64,000 nucleotides of DNA from Polyangiales bacterium (GTDB lineage: Bacteria; Myxococcota_A; Polyangia; Polyangiales; JADJQN01): assembly GCA_964202905.1 (NCBI GenBank), contig CAXNJO010000001.1, forward strand, positions 224,001 to 288,000, read 5' to 3'. The number at the start of each line of letters is the position of its first letter. Positions within the stretch are counted from its first letter, which is position 1. A program made the translations under genes and the position numbers. Shown one piece after another: positions 10,334 through 21,262 of the stretch. The notes under the pieces were generated by a model. That model was given only the letters and a program-made list of their open reading frames with translations, made no database searches and was not told where the DNA came from.

Positions 10334-12586
10334 TCAGAGCGCGGGCGGGCAGACGAAGCTGCCGCCTGGACGAAGGCCTCGCGCGCGTCGATCGTGCCGA
10401 AGGAGACGCGACCGACGTCGCGATCTCGTACGTCTCGTAGAGCGACACGGTGCCCGGCGGGCACGATCGCAGCCCTCGGCAGTCACGCACCCGCAGCGAC
10501 GAGCCGGCGTCGTGTCGATCGCGAGACCATCGGATTCCGCGACACGCACCGCATGGAGAGCGTCACGCCGCTCGTTGTCGGCGGCGCCCGGCCCAGGCCA
10601 CCACGAAGCCGCCACGCCGATCGTCCGCAACGGGCATCCCATCCGCACGCACCCAGCCCGGGGAGACGAACGAGACCCCGGATCCGGCATACGCGATCGT
10701 CGGCTGACCGCCGGGCGACGGCCGACGTCGACAGCTGGATGGGCTCGGTCGACGGTCGCGGAACCCGCCGGGCACGATCGGATCGAAGCGCACGAGGGAG
10801 AACCACACGGTCTCCGTCGGCGTCGCCGTTCCCGTCACCGAGTCGTTCGGGGCTGCAGTCCTCCATCCAGGTCGACGCCGACATCCCGGATGCCGCTGCG
10901 CTCCGCGCCGAACGCGATGCGCCACGTGGTCGGCACGACCGCCCGCAGGCACGGAATCGACGCGAAGGCCGCCGGTCGGGTTGAGGGGCTGCGGTCGGTC
11001 GCGCTGGATGTGCGCGGGATTGTTCATGATCACGCTGCCGTCGAGCACCAATTGTTACGTTGAACGGCACCTCCACGGGCGCCATCCGACGCGAGGAAGA
11101 TGAAGCGCGATCGGCGTCGGCCACCGAGACGCGTTGGCCTCCGGATACGCCGACGACCCATCCCGTCCTCGCCAAGGGCGGCGACGGCGGGCGCCGCAAC
11201 GCCCTGGAAGTCTCGCCGAGGGGCTCCGGACGGCCATCGTTGCTGGCCGTAACCCATTCGCTTGATGGCGGCGCTGGACGCAGCGCGACTCCTTGTAGAG
11301 GCCGAGCACCTCGACCGGGCACGACGTTCGTCGCGGACTGCACACCACGCGCGACCCGCAGAGCTCACGCCAGCGCGCTCGCAGGGGCGCGCCAAGGTAG
11401 GCGACGAGCGCCTGGGGAGCCGCGCTCGGAGGTGAGCGCTGCCACCGCGGGCCGCGACGCCCCCGGCTGCGCCGCGCATCGCAGCCGGAGCACACCATCG
11501 CGCCCCGTCACCGCCGTCGCCGAGGCTCCGGGAAGTCTCCGATGTCGATGCCGAGCCAGATGTTCGAACGCGCCTCCGGACCGAACGGTCGCCAGAGCGT
11601 CGCCGTCGTTGCTCATCGAACCAGCCCGCCCGCAGCACACCCGCGCCGCAACCTCGCGTCGCGACCCCGACCGCGAAGGCGCCGAGGCTGCCGACCGGTG
11701 CGGACACGAAATCGCTGAGATCGCAGGTCGCGTCGATCTTTACGTCCGGGCGAGCGTTGTAGAGGCCTTCATCCATATTGCCGAGCACGCAGCGACCCGC
11801 CGCGCACAACTCGGTACAGTTTGCGCTTGCGGAGCATGGCCGCCGGACGACCATCGAGGGAGGCCGAGCACGTGCCCACCGAGCCGACGTCATTGCGCAC
11901 GCAGACGGCCTGAAAGCACTCCTCGTCGGTCGCGCAAAGGCCTCCACCATCGCGTGTCGTGTCGGGGCCGAAGAACGAGACGTCGCGAACAAGGCAGCCG
12001 GCCACGGGTGGCGCCGAGTTGACGAGTGATGCGTAGCCGGAGACCGGGTTGGTGCGGGCCGCGACCAACGCGTTCACGATCGTCCCGTCGGGCCGGAAGC
12101 GGAAGGCCGTCGTGCGGTCCGGGTCCGACGCGCGGAACGAGCCCGTCCCGCCGACGCCCCACGCGATCTCCGAGGCGCCCGTCGCATCGCTGAGGCGATC
12201 CGGCCCGGCGCCGCTGAAGTCGCCGTCGTCGATGACGAGGTCGCAGTCGTTGTCGAGCCCGTCGCAGAGCTCGGGGAGGTTCTCGCCGATGGTCGGATTC
12301 GCTGTCGTCGCAGTCCGTCCCGTTCGAGGCACATCGCCACTGACCTGACCGTCGTCGTCGGCGTCCGTCGGGCGGTAGACGCACGTGCCCGGGCGAGGCC
12401 GGATTGCCCGTGCACTGATAGCGGCGGCAGCTCGTGATGACCTTGCCGCTCCGGGGGCGTGCGGTTGAGCACCTCGCACTCCGCGTCATCCGTGCACGGC
12501 GGCGGCGTGATTTCGCCGATGACGATCGAGCAGCCGGACAGCAGGGCGACGAGGGCGAGGACAAGGCGGAGGTCGAAGCGAACCAT
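10334..12586 (-). pseudogene. Cys-rich lipoprotein with MopE-type putative metal-binding motif, many frameshifts
   Basis: Signal and lipobox MVRFDLRLVLALVALLSGC. DADDDG..DCDD..ELCDGLDNDCDLVIDDG. Protein-like segments continue across all three minus frames. The 3' end (GSFVCPPAL*) is tentative. Confidence 0.6.
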
Positions 12587-12647
12587 CGGGCGGGACGCTA
12601 CCACGACCGCGACCACGCACTCCACACACCCCCGGCGGGCGCCGGGG

Positions 12648-13517
12648 TCAGCCGAAGTAGATCACCGCGACGACCGCGACGACCCAGAGCACGAGGTTCG
12701 CGAGGAAGGGCTTGTCGCGCAGCATCTCTTCGGTGGGGCTGTCGCTGCGCGCGTCGCGCCGCACGAGGTGCAGGAAGCGCAGCACGCCGAAGAGCGTGAA
12801 CGCCGTGGTCACGACGAGGTGGCTCGTGCCGAAGGTCGCGCGGGTCGCCGGATCGAGCGTGTACACGGCGTAGGTCGCCGTCGTCGCGAGGGCCGTCGCG
12901 TAGAGCAGCGCCGTCAGCGTGCCGCGCGAGTAGTGGGCGAGCACCGAGCGGGTCTTCGCCTCGGCGCCCTGCGCGACGAGCTCGTGCATGCGCTTGCCGA
13001 AGCCGAGGAAGAGCGCGAGGAGCAGCGTGACGACGAGCAGGTAGATGCTCGGCGGGACGGCCGCGGCGTACGAGCCCGCGACGACGCGCAGCTCGAAGCC
13101 GGCTGCGATGCAGAGCACGTCGAGGTAGGCGACGCGCTTCAACCTGAACGAATACGCGAGGTTGAGCAGGAGGTAGGCCGCCGCAGCGAGCGCGAACTGC
13201 CACGCGAGCGCGAGCCCGAGACCGAGCGCGAGCGCGACGAGCACGAGGAAGGCGCGGCGCGCGGCCCGCTCGGAGACGGCGCCGCTCGCGATGGGGCGGC
13301 TGCGCTTGATCGGGTGCGCGCGGTCGGCCTCGACGTCGACGAGGTCGTTGAGGACGTACACCGCGCTCGCGAGCAGTGAGAACGCGAAGAAGCCGACGAC
13401 GCTGCGCACGACCGGCTCGGGCGCGAAGAGCTCCTTCGCGAAGACGAGCGGGGCGAGGACGAAGAGCTGCTTGACCCACTGTCGTGGGCGCATCGTCCGG
13501 ACGAGACCACGAAACAT
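12648..13517 (-). CDS. UbiA-family prenyltransferase (decaprenyl-phosphate phosphoribosyltransferase-like)
   Basis: MRPRQWVKQLFVLAPLVF, YVLNDLVDVEADRAHPIKRSRPIASG, LALFLGFGKRMHEL and SPTEEMLRD; polytopic membrane protein. Confidence 0.88.
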   Translation of the reverse strand: MFRGLVRTMRPRQWVKQLFVLAPLVFAKELFAPEPVVRSVVGFFAFSLLASAVYVLNDLVDVEADRAHPIKRSRPIASGAVSERAARRAFLVLVALALGLGLALAWQFALAAAAYLLLNLAYSFRLKRVAYLDVLCIAAGFELRVVAGSYAAAVPPSIYLLVVTLLLALFLGFGKRMHELVAQGAEAKTRSVLAHYSRGTLTALLYATALATTATYAVYTLDPATRATFGTSHLVVTTAFTLFGVLRFLHLVRRDARSDSPTEEMLRDKPFLANLVLWVVAVVAVIYFG

Positions 13518-13727
13518 GGGGCGCGGCGGACACTTAGCACGCGCCACGCGCCGCGGTCACGGCGCGGCGTGCGACGGCGCGCGGAACAACGCGGGCGCTC
13601 CGGTTGTCTGCGCCTCGCGGGCGCCTGCCCCGGATTTGGCCCGCGCTCCGCCCGTCCACTACGCTGCTCTCCCCGCTCTCCTGCCGCCCCGACCGCGAGC
13701 CACGGCTCCGGTGGAAAGGTCCCGTCG

Positions 13728-16700
13728 ATGCTGCCCCGCAGGGCGCCCCGCGCGCTCCTTGCTTCGCTCGCCGTCACGCTCGCCTTCACCGCATCTCGGG
13801 TCGATGCGCAGGACGCCCCGGCCGCCCCGCGCGCCGCGCCGAGCGCGCCCGCCGCGGGCGGACCCGCGCCGACGAGCCCCTTCGACGCCGAGGTCCGGCG
13901 CCTGCAGGCCGAGGTCACGCGGCTCGGACGCACCCCGCGCGCCGTGCTGCCGCTGCTCGAGCTGTGGCGGAAGAACGAGTGGGCGACCCCGGGCGTCGCG
14001 GGCGACGCGGTGACGCGGCTCGCGGCGGACCGCCGCCTCTCGCCCTCGCTGCGGGCGTACGCGTCGATGTTCGCCGCGGCCGAGCAGGTGCGGCGCGGCG
14101 ACGTGCCCGGCGCCGCGCAGCGCCTCACCGAGCAGGGCTTCGTGCGCGCGTGGCGCGTAGTCGGGCCGTTCGACAACGAGGGCAAGCAGGGCCTCGATCG
14201 GGAGACGCCCGTCGAGACGCAGCGCCAAGACGCAACCGACATGGCGGCCACCTTCCCGGGGCGTGAGCGCGCCGTCGGCTGGCGCATGTACCCCGACGTC
14301 TCGCCGCTCGCGTACGTGAACCTCGACGCGGTGCTCCGGCCCTTCGAGAACGTCTGCGCGCTCACCGAGACGTACGTCGAGGTCGACCGCGCGCGGCCGC
14401 TCTCGCTCGCGGTGGGCGCGGGCGGCGCCGTGAAGGTCTATTGGAACGGCGAGCAGGTGCTGCGCGACGCGTCGTACCGCACGGCCGATCCCGAGCGCGC
14501 GCTCGTCGCGGTGCGCGCGCGCGCCGGCTGGAACCGCGTGCTCGTCAAGAGTTGCGTCGCCGATGGCACGTGGGGCTTCTTCTTCCGCGTGGGTGAGCTC
14601 GACGGGAGCCCGCCGCGCGGCGTACGCGTCGACGCGACGCGCACCGACGTCGTCGCGCCCGCGCCCGCTGCGGGTCGCCCGCCGACAGCGCCTCAGTCCC
14701 CGCTCGCCGCGTTCGAGGCGGCGGCCACGGGGCCGTCGCCCACGCCGGGCGCGCTCGAGGACCTCGCGCGGCTGCTCGCGTGGACGGGCGCGGACGACGC
14801 CGCCGAGCGCCGCGCCAAGGAGCTCGCCGCGCGCGCCGCCGACGCCGAGCCCACGCTCGCGCGGCTGCGGCTCGCCGCGGAGCTCGCCGACGAGCGCGCG
14901 GAGGTGCAGCGCTTCGCCGCGAAGGCCGCCGAGCTCGCGCCGGACGACCCCGGTTCCCTGCTGCTGCGCGCCGAGGTGCGCAGCCGCGGGCCGGGCGGCG
15001 AGGACGCCATCGCCCTGCTCGACCGCATCCCGGAAGGCACCACCGCCGCGATCGACGGCGCGTTCCTGCGGGTGTCGTTGCTCCGCGGCCTCGAGCTGCC
15101 GGAGGCCGCGCTCGCCCTCGTCGCGCAGACGGCGCAGCGGCTCGGCGACGCGCTCGCCGGTCAGCGCGCGCTCGCGGACGCGCTCGCCGCCGCGTCGCGC
15201 TCGGACCGTGCGATCGCGGTGCGGCAACGCCTCGTCGCGCTGCGCTGGGACGACGCCGCCTCGCGCCGCGCGCTCATCTCGGACGCGCTGCAGCGCGGCG
15301 ACGCGGCCGAAGCCGTGCGGCAGGTCGAGGCGCTCCGCGCGATCGCGCCCGACAGCGCGCGCAACCTGTTCTACGCCGCGGCCGTGTACGACGGCCTCGG
15401 CCGCGAGGACGACATGCTCGCCGCCTACCACGCGGCGCTCGACCTCGCGCCGGACGACGCCGCCGCGCACGTCGCGATGGGCCGCGCGCTGCTCCGCGTC
15501 GGTCAGCGCGACGCGGCCTCCGACGCGCTGCGCCGCGCGATCGCGCTGCGCCCGCAGGACGCCGAGACGCGCGAGCTCCTCGAGAACATCCGGCCCGAGG
15601 CCCGGCAGGACGAGGCGTACGCCGTCGCGCGCGACGAGCTCCTCGAGCGCCGCAGCGACGACACGCGCTACCCGGTGACGGTGCTGCAGAACCTCACCGT
15701 CAACACCGTCTACGAGAACGGCCTCGGCTCGAGCTTCCACCAGATCGCGGCGCAGGTGCACGACGCCGAGGGTGCGCGGCGCTGGCGCTCGTACTCGTTC
15801 CAGTTCGACCCGGAGTCGCAGCGCATCGACGTGCGCCTCGCGCGCGTGTACCGGCGCGACGGCACGGTGCTCGACTCGAACCAGACCTTCGAGCAGCCGC
15901 TCGGCGAGCCTTGGTACCGCATCTATTACGACACGCGCGCGCTGGTCGTGGTCTTCCCCGATCTCGAGCCGGGCGACACCGTGGAGCTGCGCTACCGCAC
16001 CGACGACATCTCGCACCGCAACGTCTTCGCGGACTACTACGGCGACCTGCACTTCCTGCAGGGCGGCGACCCGGTGAAGCACATGGAGTACGTGCTGATC
16101 ACCCCCGCGTCGCGCGCGTTCTACTTCAACGAGCCGCGCCTCGCGGGGCTCGCGCACGCACGCACGAGCGCCGACGGCCGCAACGTCGATCGCTACGTCG
16201 CCGAGGACGTCGCGCCGCTCCAATCGGAGGACGGCATGCCCGGCCTCACGGAGACCTCGCCCTACCTGCACGTCTCCACGTACCGCTCGTGGGAGGACGT
16301 GGGCCGCTGGTGGTGGGGCCTCGTGCGCGATCAGCTCTACGCCGACGAGAGCCTCAAGCGCACGGTCGCCGAGCTGGTGCGCGGCGCGCCGGACGAGCGC
16401 ACGAAGGTCACGCGCATCTACGACTGGGCCGTCTCGCACACGCGCTACGTGGGCCTCGAGTTCGGCATCCACGGCTACCTGCCCTACCGCGTGACGCAGA
16501 TCGTCCAGCGCGGCTTCGGCGACTGCAAGGACAAGGCCTCGCTGCTCTACGTGATGATGCGCGAGGCCGGGATCGACGCCCGCATCGCGCTCGTGCGCAC
16601 GCGGCGTAACGGCGACATCGCGGAGCTGCCCGCGTCGCTCGCGGTGTTCGACCACGCGATCGCCTACGTGCCGAGCCTCGACCTCTACCTCGACGGCACG

Positions 16701-17447
16701 GCCGAGCACTCGGGCGCGACGGAGCTGCCGAACATGGATCAGGGCGTGACGGTCCTCGTCGTCGGCCCGATCGACGCGCGGCTCGCGCGCACGCCGGTCC
16801 TCGAGGCCGCGAAGAACCGCCGCGAACGCACGCTCACCGTGCAGCTCGCGGCCGATGGCTCCGCGGTCGTCGAGGGCACCGAGGAGGTGCGCGGCGCGGA
16901 CGCCTCGGGCTACCGCGACCGCTACGAGGCGGCGGGCACGCGCGACGACCGCTTCGAGCGGCAGCTGGGTACGATCTTCCCCGGCGCGGACCTGCTCTCG
17001 CAGCAGTTCTCCGAGCTCGGGGACCGCGAGGCGCCCATCCGTTTCAGCTACCGCGCGAACGTCCCGCAGCTCGCGCGGCGCGACGGCGACGAGCTGCGCC
17101 TCGAGGCGTCGGTCGTCGGCGACCTCGTGCGCTCGCTCGCGCGGACGCCGACGCGGCGCTTCCCGCTCGACCTCGGCGGCACGAACGCCTACGTCGAGCG
17201 GCGCGTCGTGCGCCTGCCCGCGGGCATGCGCGTGAGCGAGCTGCCGACGGGCGGCGAGGCCGTCTCGCGCTTCGGCGCGCTGCGGCTGACGATCGAGCAG
17301 GGCGCGGGCGGCGTCACCGCGCGCACCGAGCTCGAGATCACGCGCGATCGCATCGCGCCCAATGAATACGGGGACTTCCGGGCCTGGGTGGAGCGCGCGG
17401 ACGCGCTCCTGCGGCAGCGGATCAGCCTCCGCGGAGGTGCACGATGA
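13728..17447 (+). CDS. Secreted TPR + DUF3857 + transglutaminase-like domain protein with intact catalytic triad
   Basis: Signal peptide (RVDA-QD), WRVVGPFDN beta-domain, TPRs and DUF3857-like VVFPDLEPGDTVELRY. Core RYVGLEFG..GDCKDKA..FDHAIAYV..YLDGT gives Cys-His-Asp. Confidence 0.88.
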   Translation: MLPRRAPRALLASLAVTLAFTASRVDAQDAPAAPRAAPSAPAAGGPAPTSPFDAEVRRLQAEVTRLGRTPRAVLPLLELWRKNEWATPGVAGDAVTRLAADRRLSPSLRAYASMFAAAEQVRRGDVPGAAQRLTEQGFVRAWRVVGPFDNEGKQGLDRETPVETQRQDATDMAATFPGRERAVGWRMYPDVSPLAYVNLDAVLRPFENVCALTETYVEVDRARPLSLAVGAGGAVKVYWNGEQVLRDASYRTADPERALVAVRARAGWNRVLVKSCVADGTWGFFFRVGELDGSPPRGVRVDATRTDVVAPAPAAGRPPTAPQSPLAAFEAAATGPSPTPGALEDLARLLAWTGADDAAERRAKELAARAADAEPTLARLRLAAELADERAEVQRFAAKAAELAPDDPGSLLLRAEVRSRGPGGEDAIALLDRIPEGTTAAIDGAFLRVSLLRGLELPEAALALVAQTAQRLGDALAGQRALADALAAASRSDRAIAVRQRLVALRWDDAASRRALISDALQRGDAAEAVRQVEALRAIAPDSARNLFYAAAVYDGLGREDDMLAAYHAALDLAPDDAAAHVAMGRALLRVGQRDAASDALRRAIALRPQDAETRELLENIRPEARQDEAYAVARDELLERRSDDTRYPVTVLQNLTVNTVYENGLGSSFHQIAAQVHDAEGARRWRSYSFQFDPESQRIDVRLARVYRRDGTVLDSNQTFEQPLGEPWYRIYYDTRALVVVFPDLEPGDTVELRYRTDDISHRNVFADYYGDLHFLQGGDPVKHMEYVLITPASRAFYFNEPRLAGLAHARTSADGRNVDRYVAEDVAPLQSEDGMPGLTETSPYLHVSTYRSWEDVGRWWWGLVRDQLYADESLKRTVAELVRGAPDERTKVTRIYDWAVSHTRYVGLEFGIHGYLPYRVTQIVQRGFGDCKDKASLLYVMMREAGIDARIALVRTRRNGDIAELPASLAVFDHAIAYVPSLDLYLDGTAEHSGATELPNMDQGVTVLVVGPIDARLARTPVLEAAKNRRERTLTVQLAADGSAVVEGTEEVRGADASGYRDRYEAAGTRDDRFERQLGTIFPGADLLSQQFSELGDREAPIRFSYRANVPQLARRDGDELRLEASVVGDLVRSLARTPTRRFPLDLGGTNAYVERRVVRLPAGMRVSELPTGGEAVSRFGALRLTIEQGAGGVTARTELEITRDRIAPNEYGDFRAWVERADALLRQRISLRGGAR

Positions 17448-20400
17448 GCCGCTCGGCAAGCCTCGAACGGTCGGTCTCTCCGCGGCGCGGCGCCGCCCTC
17501 GGCACGCTGCTCGCCGCGCTGCTCGTCGCCCTCGCGGGCTGCGGCGGCGCCCGCAGCGCCGTCCCTGCACGCCCGAGCATCGCCGCCGTGCGCGCGCGCG
17601 CAGCGGGGGCCCCGACGGACGCCGACGCCCAGCGCGCGCTCGCCGCCGCCGAGCTGCTGCTCGAAGACGGTGACCCGGCGCGCGTCCCGGAGGCGCTCGC
17701 GAAGGCCGCGCGGCTCGCGCCCGACGACGCGCGCGTGCGCTACCTGCAGGCGCTCGAGGACGACGGGAAGGGCCGCCTCGACGCGTCCTTCGAGGGCTAT
17801 CTCGGCGCGCTGCGCGCGGCGAGCGCGGACCCCGATGCGGTCTCGCAGGCCATCGCGGAGGCGTCGCTCTCGGCCCTCGCCGACCTCTTCGACGTCGTGC
17901 CCCGCGGCCGCGAGCGGCTGCGCGCGGTGCTCGAGCCGCTGCGCGCGACGCCCGGCGCACTCGGCCTCGGCGCACGACACCACCTCGCGGAGTTGTTGCT
18001 GGATCAGGCCTTCCGGCGGGCGGACGTCGCGGGCGTCCGCGCGCTCGCGGAGGGCCTCGGCTGCCCCGCGGAATGGCGCGTCGCGGGGCCGTTCGGGCCG
18101 CGCGAGCTGCTGGGCTTCGACGAGCCCTCGCCGGCGCAGGGCCGCGGCGCGCTCGCGGAGCGCTACGACCTCGGGCCGGGCCGCGGCGTGCGCGCGACGC
18201 GCACCCTCGAGCCGCGCGGTTGCGGCGTGAACCTCGGTGGCGGACCCGTCGCGGCCGGAGGCACCACGATCGCCGAGGCGCGCGTGTCCGTCGCGCGCGC
18301 GGGCCGGCACGTGCTGCGGCTCGAGACGCCGAACAGCGTCGAGCTCTACGTCGACGGCGAGCGGATCGCCCGCCTCGACGCGCGCCAGGAGCCGCTCGGC
18401 CGCACGAGCCTCCACGCGCTCGACCTCACGGCGGGCGAGCACGAGCTCGAGGTGAAGCTCACCTCGCGGCACTCGAACCCCATCCTCGTCGTCTCGATCG
18501 CGCCCGCGGTGCCCGCCGACGACGCGCGGCTCCCCGCCGTGCTCGACGGCCGCCCGCTCGAGCAGTACCTCGCGGCCTCGCTCGCGATCGCGCGCGGCGA
18601 CGTGGTGGCCGCGCGCGAGCTCGCGCAGCCCATCGCCGTCCGCCGCGGCGCGACCGCGCCGTGGCTCGTGCTGCGCGCCGCCATCGCGCTCGGCGATCCG
18701 CTCGTCCCCGCCGACGTCCGCCGCGACGACGCGCGCGCCCTGCTCCGCCGCGCGCTGCGCCGCGACGGAGACCTCTGGTACCCGATCCTGCAATCGGCCC
18801 GCCTCGACGCCGCCGACGGCCGCGCGGTCGAGGCGATCGGTGTCGTGCGCGTCGGCCTCGAGCGCTTCCCCGGCGTGCTCGGTTTCGCGATGACGCTCGC
18901 CGAACTCTTCCAGTCGAAGGGCTGGACGGCCGACGCCGACGAGACGCTCCGCCACGCCGCGGCCGCCGTGCCCGGCGCCTGCAGCGTGCAGCGCGGCCTC
19001 TACGAGTCGCTCCGGCGGCGCGACCGGCACACCGAGGCGCTCGCCCTCGCCGACACGCTCGTCGCCTGCGACGCGCGCACCAACCTCCGCTTCCAGCAGC
19101 TGCGCGACCAGCGCCGCTGGGTCGAGGCCGCCGCGGAGCTCGCGCGCCTCGCGGCCCTCGAGCCGCGCCAGAGCCGCGTCGGGCTGCTCGGCCCGGAGCT
19201 CGAGCTCGCCCGTCAGCGCGGCGACGCGGCCGCCGTCGAGCGCCTCCTCACCGCGCTCGACGCGGAGAGCCCGCTCTCGCCGATCGCGCCGCTCTCGCGC
19301 GCCGATCTCGCGCTCGCGCGCGGCGACGTCGCCGGGGCACGGCAGCGCCTCGACGACGCGCTCCTCCGCGAGCCCGCCGCGATGGGCGAGCTGCGCCGCG
19401 TGCGCCGCGCGATCGGCGGCCTCGACGACCTCGCGGCCTACCGCAAGGACGGCGCCGCGATCCTGCGCGACTTCCTCGCGTCGGGGCGCGCCTACACCGA
19501 GCCGCAGGTCCTCGTCTTCGACTACGCGGCCACGCGCGTGTTCCCAGACGGCGCGTCGATGCAGCTCGTGCACCAGATCTACCGCGTGCAGAGCGACGAG
19601 GCCGTGAACCAGCACGGCGAGTTCCAGCTGCCCGAGGGCGCACGGCTGCTCACGCTGCACACCATCAAGCCGGATGGTCGTCGCCTCGAGCCCGACGAGA
19701 TCGCGGGCAAGGACACCATCTCGCTCCCCGCGCTCGCCGTCGGCGACTTCGTCGAGAGCGAGTACATCCTGCTCGGCGCGCCGCCGGGCAGCTTCCCGGG
19801 CGGCTTCATCGGCGAGCGCTTCTACTTCCGCAGCGTCGAGGTCCCCTTCGACACGACGTCGCAGGTGTACGTCGTGCCGCGCGACCTCCCCGTCGTGCTC
19901 GATCCGCGCGGCCCCGCGCCCGCCGCGGAGGAGCGCTTCGACGGCGACCTGCGCGTGCTCTCGTTCACGGTGCACGAGAGCCGGCCCGTCGTCCCCGAGC
20001 CCGGCGCCGTGACCGGCCGCGAGTTCCTGCCGAGCATCAACCTCGCCGTGCGCGCCGATTGGGCGGCCTTCGTCGACGGGATGCGCGACGTGCTCGCGGA
20101 CCGCGACGTGCGCGATCCCGCCGCCGAGCGGCTCGTGGCGCAGATCCTGCGCGGCACGCCCGCGGGCGACGCCGAGGCACGCGCGCGGCGCCTCTACGCG
20201 TGGGCCCTCGAGAACGTCGAGAGCTCCGAGGCCTTCTTCGGCAGCGCGCCCGCGATGCTCGCCGCGAAGACGGGCAACCGCGTGCGCGTGCTGCGCTACC
20301 TGCTCACGCTCGCTGGGATCCCGTCGGACCTCGTCGCGGTGCGCAGCCAGGCCACCGATCGCACCGAGTCGGCGGTCGCCGACGCCGAGACGTACGCGAG

Positions 20401-21199
20401 CGCGCTGCTGCGCGTGCCCCTCCCGAGCGGCGACACGTGGCTCTCCGGCAACGAGCGCTGGACGCCCTTCGGCTACGTCACGCCGCTCCTGCGCGGGCAG
20501 GAGGGGCTCGTCCTCGCGCCGGGCGCGCCGCGCGTCCGCGTGGCCCCCGCCCCCGAGGGCGGCGAGCTGCACGAGGTCGAGGCGGACATCCACCTCGGCA
20601 CGCGCGGCGCGTCCCGCGTCGAGGTCGTCGAGACGTTCCGCGGCGCAGGCGCGAGCGGCTGGCGCGGCCAGCTCGAGGAGATCCCCGCGGCCGAGCTCGA
20701 GCGCCGCTTCGAGCAGGGCTACGTCGCGCGGCTGCTGCCCGGCGCCGAGCTCCGCACCCTGGCGATCGAGGGCCGCGACAACCCGGACGTGCCGCTCGTG
20801 GTGAAGTACACGTTCACGGTCGCCGACCTCGGCCGCCGCACGGGCGGGCGCTGGCTCGTACCCGGCCTCTTCCCGCTGCAGCTCGCCGCGAGCGTCGCCC
20901 CCCTCGCCGCGCGCACGACCCCGCAGCTCATCCCGAACGAGAGCGACGAGCGCATCACGCTGCGCTTCCACGCGGCCGCCTCCGCGCTCCCGACACCGCC
21001 CGCGCCCACCGCGCTGCGCGGCCCCGGCGGCGCCACCTTCGCGTGGCGCGCGACGCGCGGCGAGGGCACCTACACGATCGATCGCCGCGTGCAGATCCCC
21101 ATCCAGCGCATCGCCCCCGCCGACTACCCCGCCCTCGCCGACTTCTGCCGCCGCGCCGACGAAGCCGAGGCCCGCGACACGGGATTCGCGACACGCTGA
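17444..21199 (+). CDS. Lipoprotein paralog: TPR + DUF3857-like + degenerate transglutaminase-like domain
   Basis: ATGA-coupled to the previous gene; lipobox LAGC. Same layout (WRVAGPFG, ISLPALAVGDFVESEY, RLYAWALENV), but GNRVRVL replaces GDCKDKA. Confidence 0.75.
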   Translation: MSRSASLERSVSPRRGAALGTLLAALLVALAGCGGARSAVPARPSIAAVRARAAGAPTDADAQRALAAAELLLEDGDPARVPEALAKAARLAPDDARVRYLQALEDDGKGRLDASFEGYLGALRAASADPDAVSQAIAEASLSALADLFDVVPRGRERLRAVLEPLRATPGALGLGARHHLAELLLDQAFRRADVAGVRALAEGLGCPAEWRVAGPFGPRELLGFDEPSPAQGRGALAERYDLGPGRGVRATRTLEPRGCGVNLGGGPVAAGGTTIAEARVSVARAGRHVLRLETPNSVELYVDGERIARLDARQEPLGRTSLHALDLTAGEHELEVKLTSRHSNPILVVSIAPAVPADDARLPAVLDGRPLEQYLAASLAIARGDVVAARELAQPIAVRRGATAPWLVLRAAIALGDPLVPADVRRDDARALLRRALRRDGDLWYPILQSARLDAADGRAVEAIGVVRVGLERFPGVLGFAMTLAELFQSKGWTADADETLRHAAAAVPGACSVQRGLYESLRRRDRHTEALALADTLVACDARTNLRFQQLRDQRRWVEAAAELARLAALEPRQSRVGLLGPELELARQRGDAAAVERLLTALDAESPLSPIAPLSRADLALARGDVAGARQRLDDALLREPAAMGELRRVRRAIGGLDDLAAYRKDGAAILRDFLASGRAYTEPQVLVFDYAATRVFPDGASMQLVHQIYRVQSDEAVNQHGEFQLPEGARLLTLHTIKPDGRRLEPDEIAGKDTISLPALAVGDFVESEYILLGAPPGSFPGGFIGERFYFRSVEVPFDTTSQVYVVPRDLPVVLDPRGPAPAAEERFDGDLRVLSFTVHESRPVVPEPGAVTGREFLPSINLAVRADWAAFVDGMRDVLADRDVRDPAAERLVAQILRGTPAGDAEARARRLYAWALENVESSEAFFGSAPAMLAAKTGNRVRVLRYLLTLAGIPSDLVAVRSQATDRTESAVADAETYASALLRVPLPSGDTWLSGNERWTPFGYVTPLLRGQEGLVLAPGAPRVRVAPAPEGGELHEVEADIHLGTRGASRVEVVETFRGAGASGWRGQLEEIPAAELERRFEQGYVARLLPGAELRTLAIEGRDNPDVPLVVKYTFTVADLGRRTGGRWLVPGLFPLQLAASVAPLAARTTPQLIPNESDERITLRFHAAASALPTPPAPTALRGPGGATFAWRATRGEGTYTIDRRVQIPIQRIAPADYPALADFCRRADEAEARDTGFATR

Positions 21200-21262
21200 T
21201 CCGGCGTCCAGCCCCGCGCGCCCCCATCGACTTCCGCGCGCGCGGCCCCCACGTTTGCCCGC

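Noticed and set aside
13659..20971. Very long antisense ORFs (1438 aa, 1260 aa; likewise 40388-44539)
   Set aside because: Shadow ORFs caused by stop-codon scarcity opposite real genes; no recognisable motifs.
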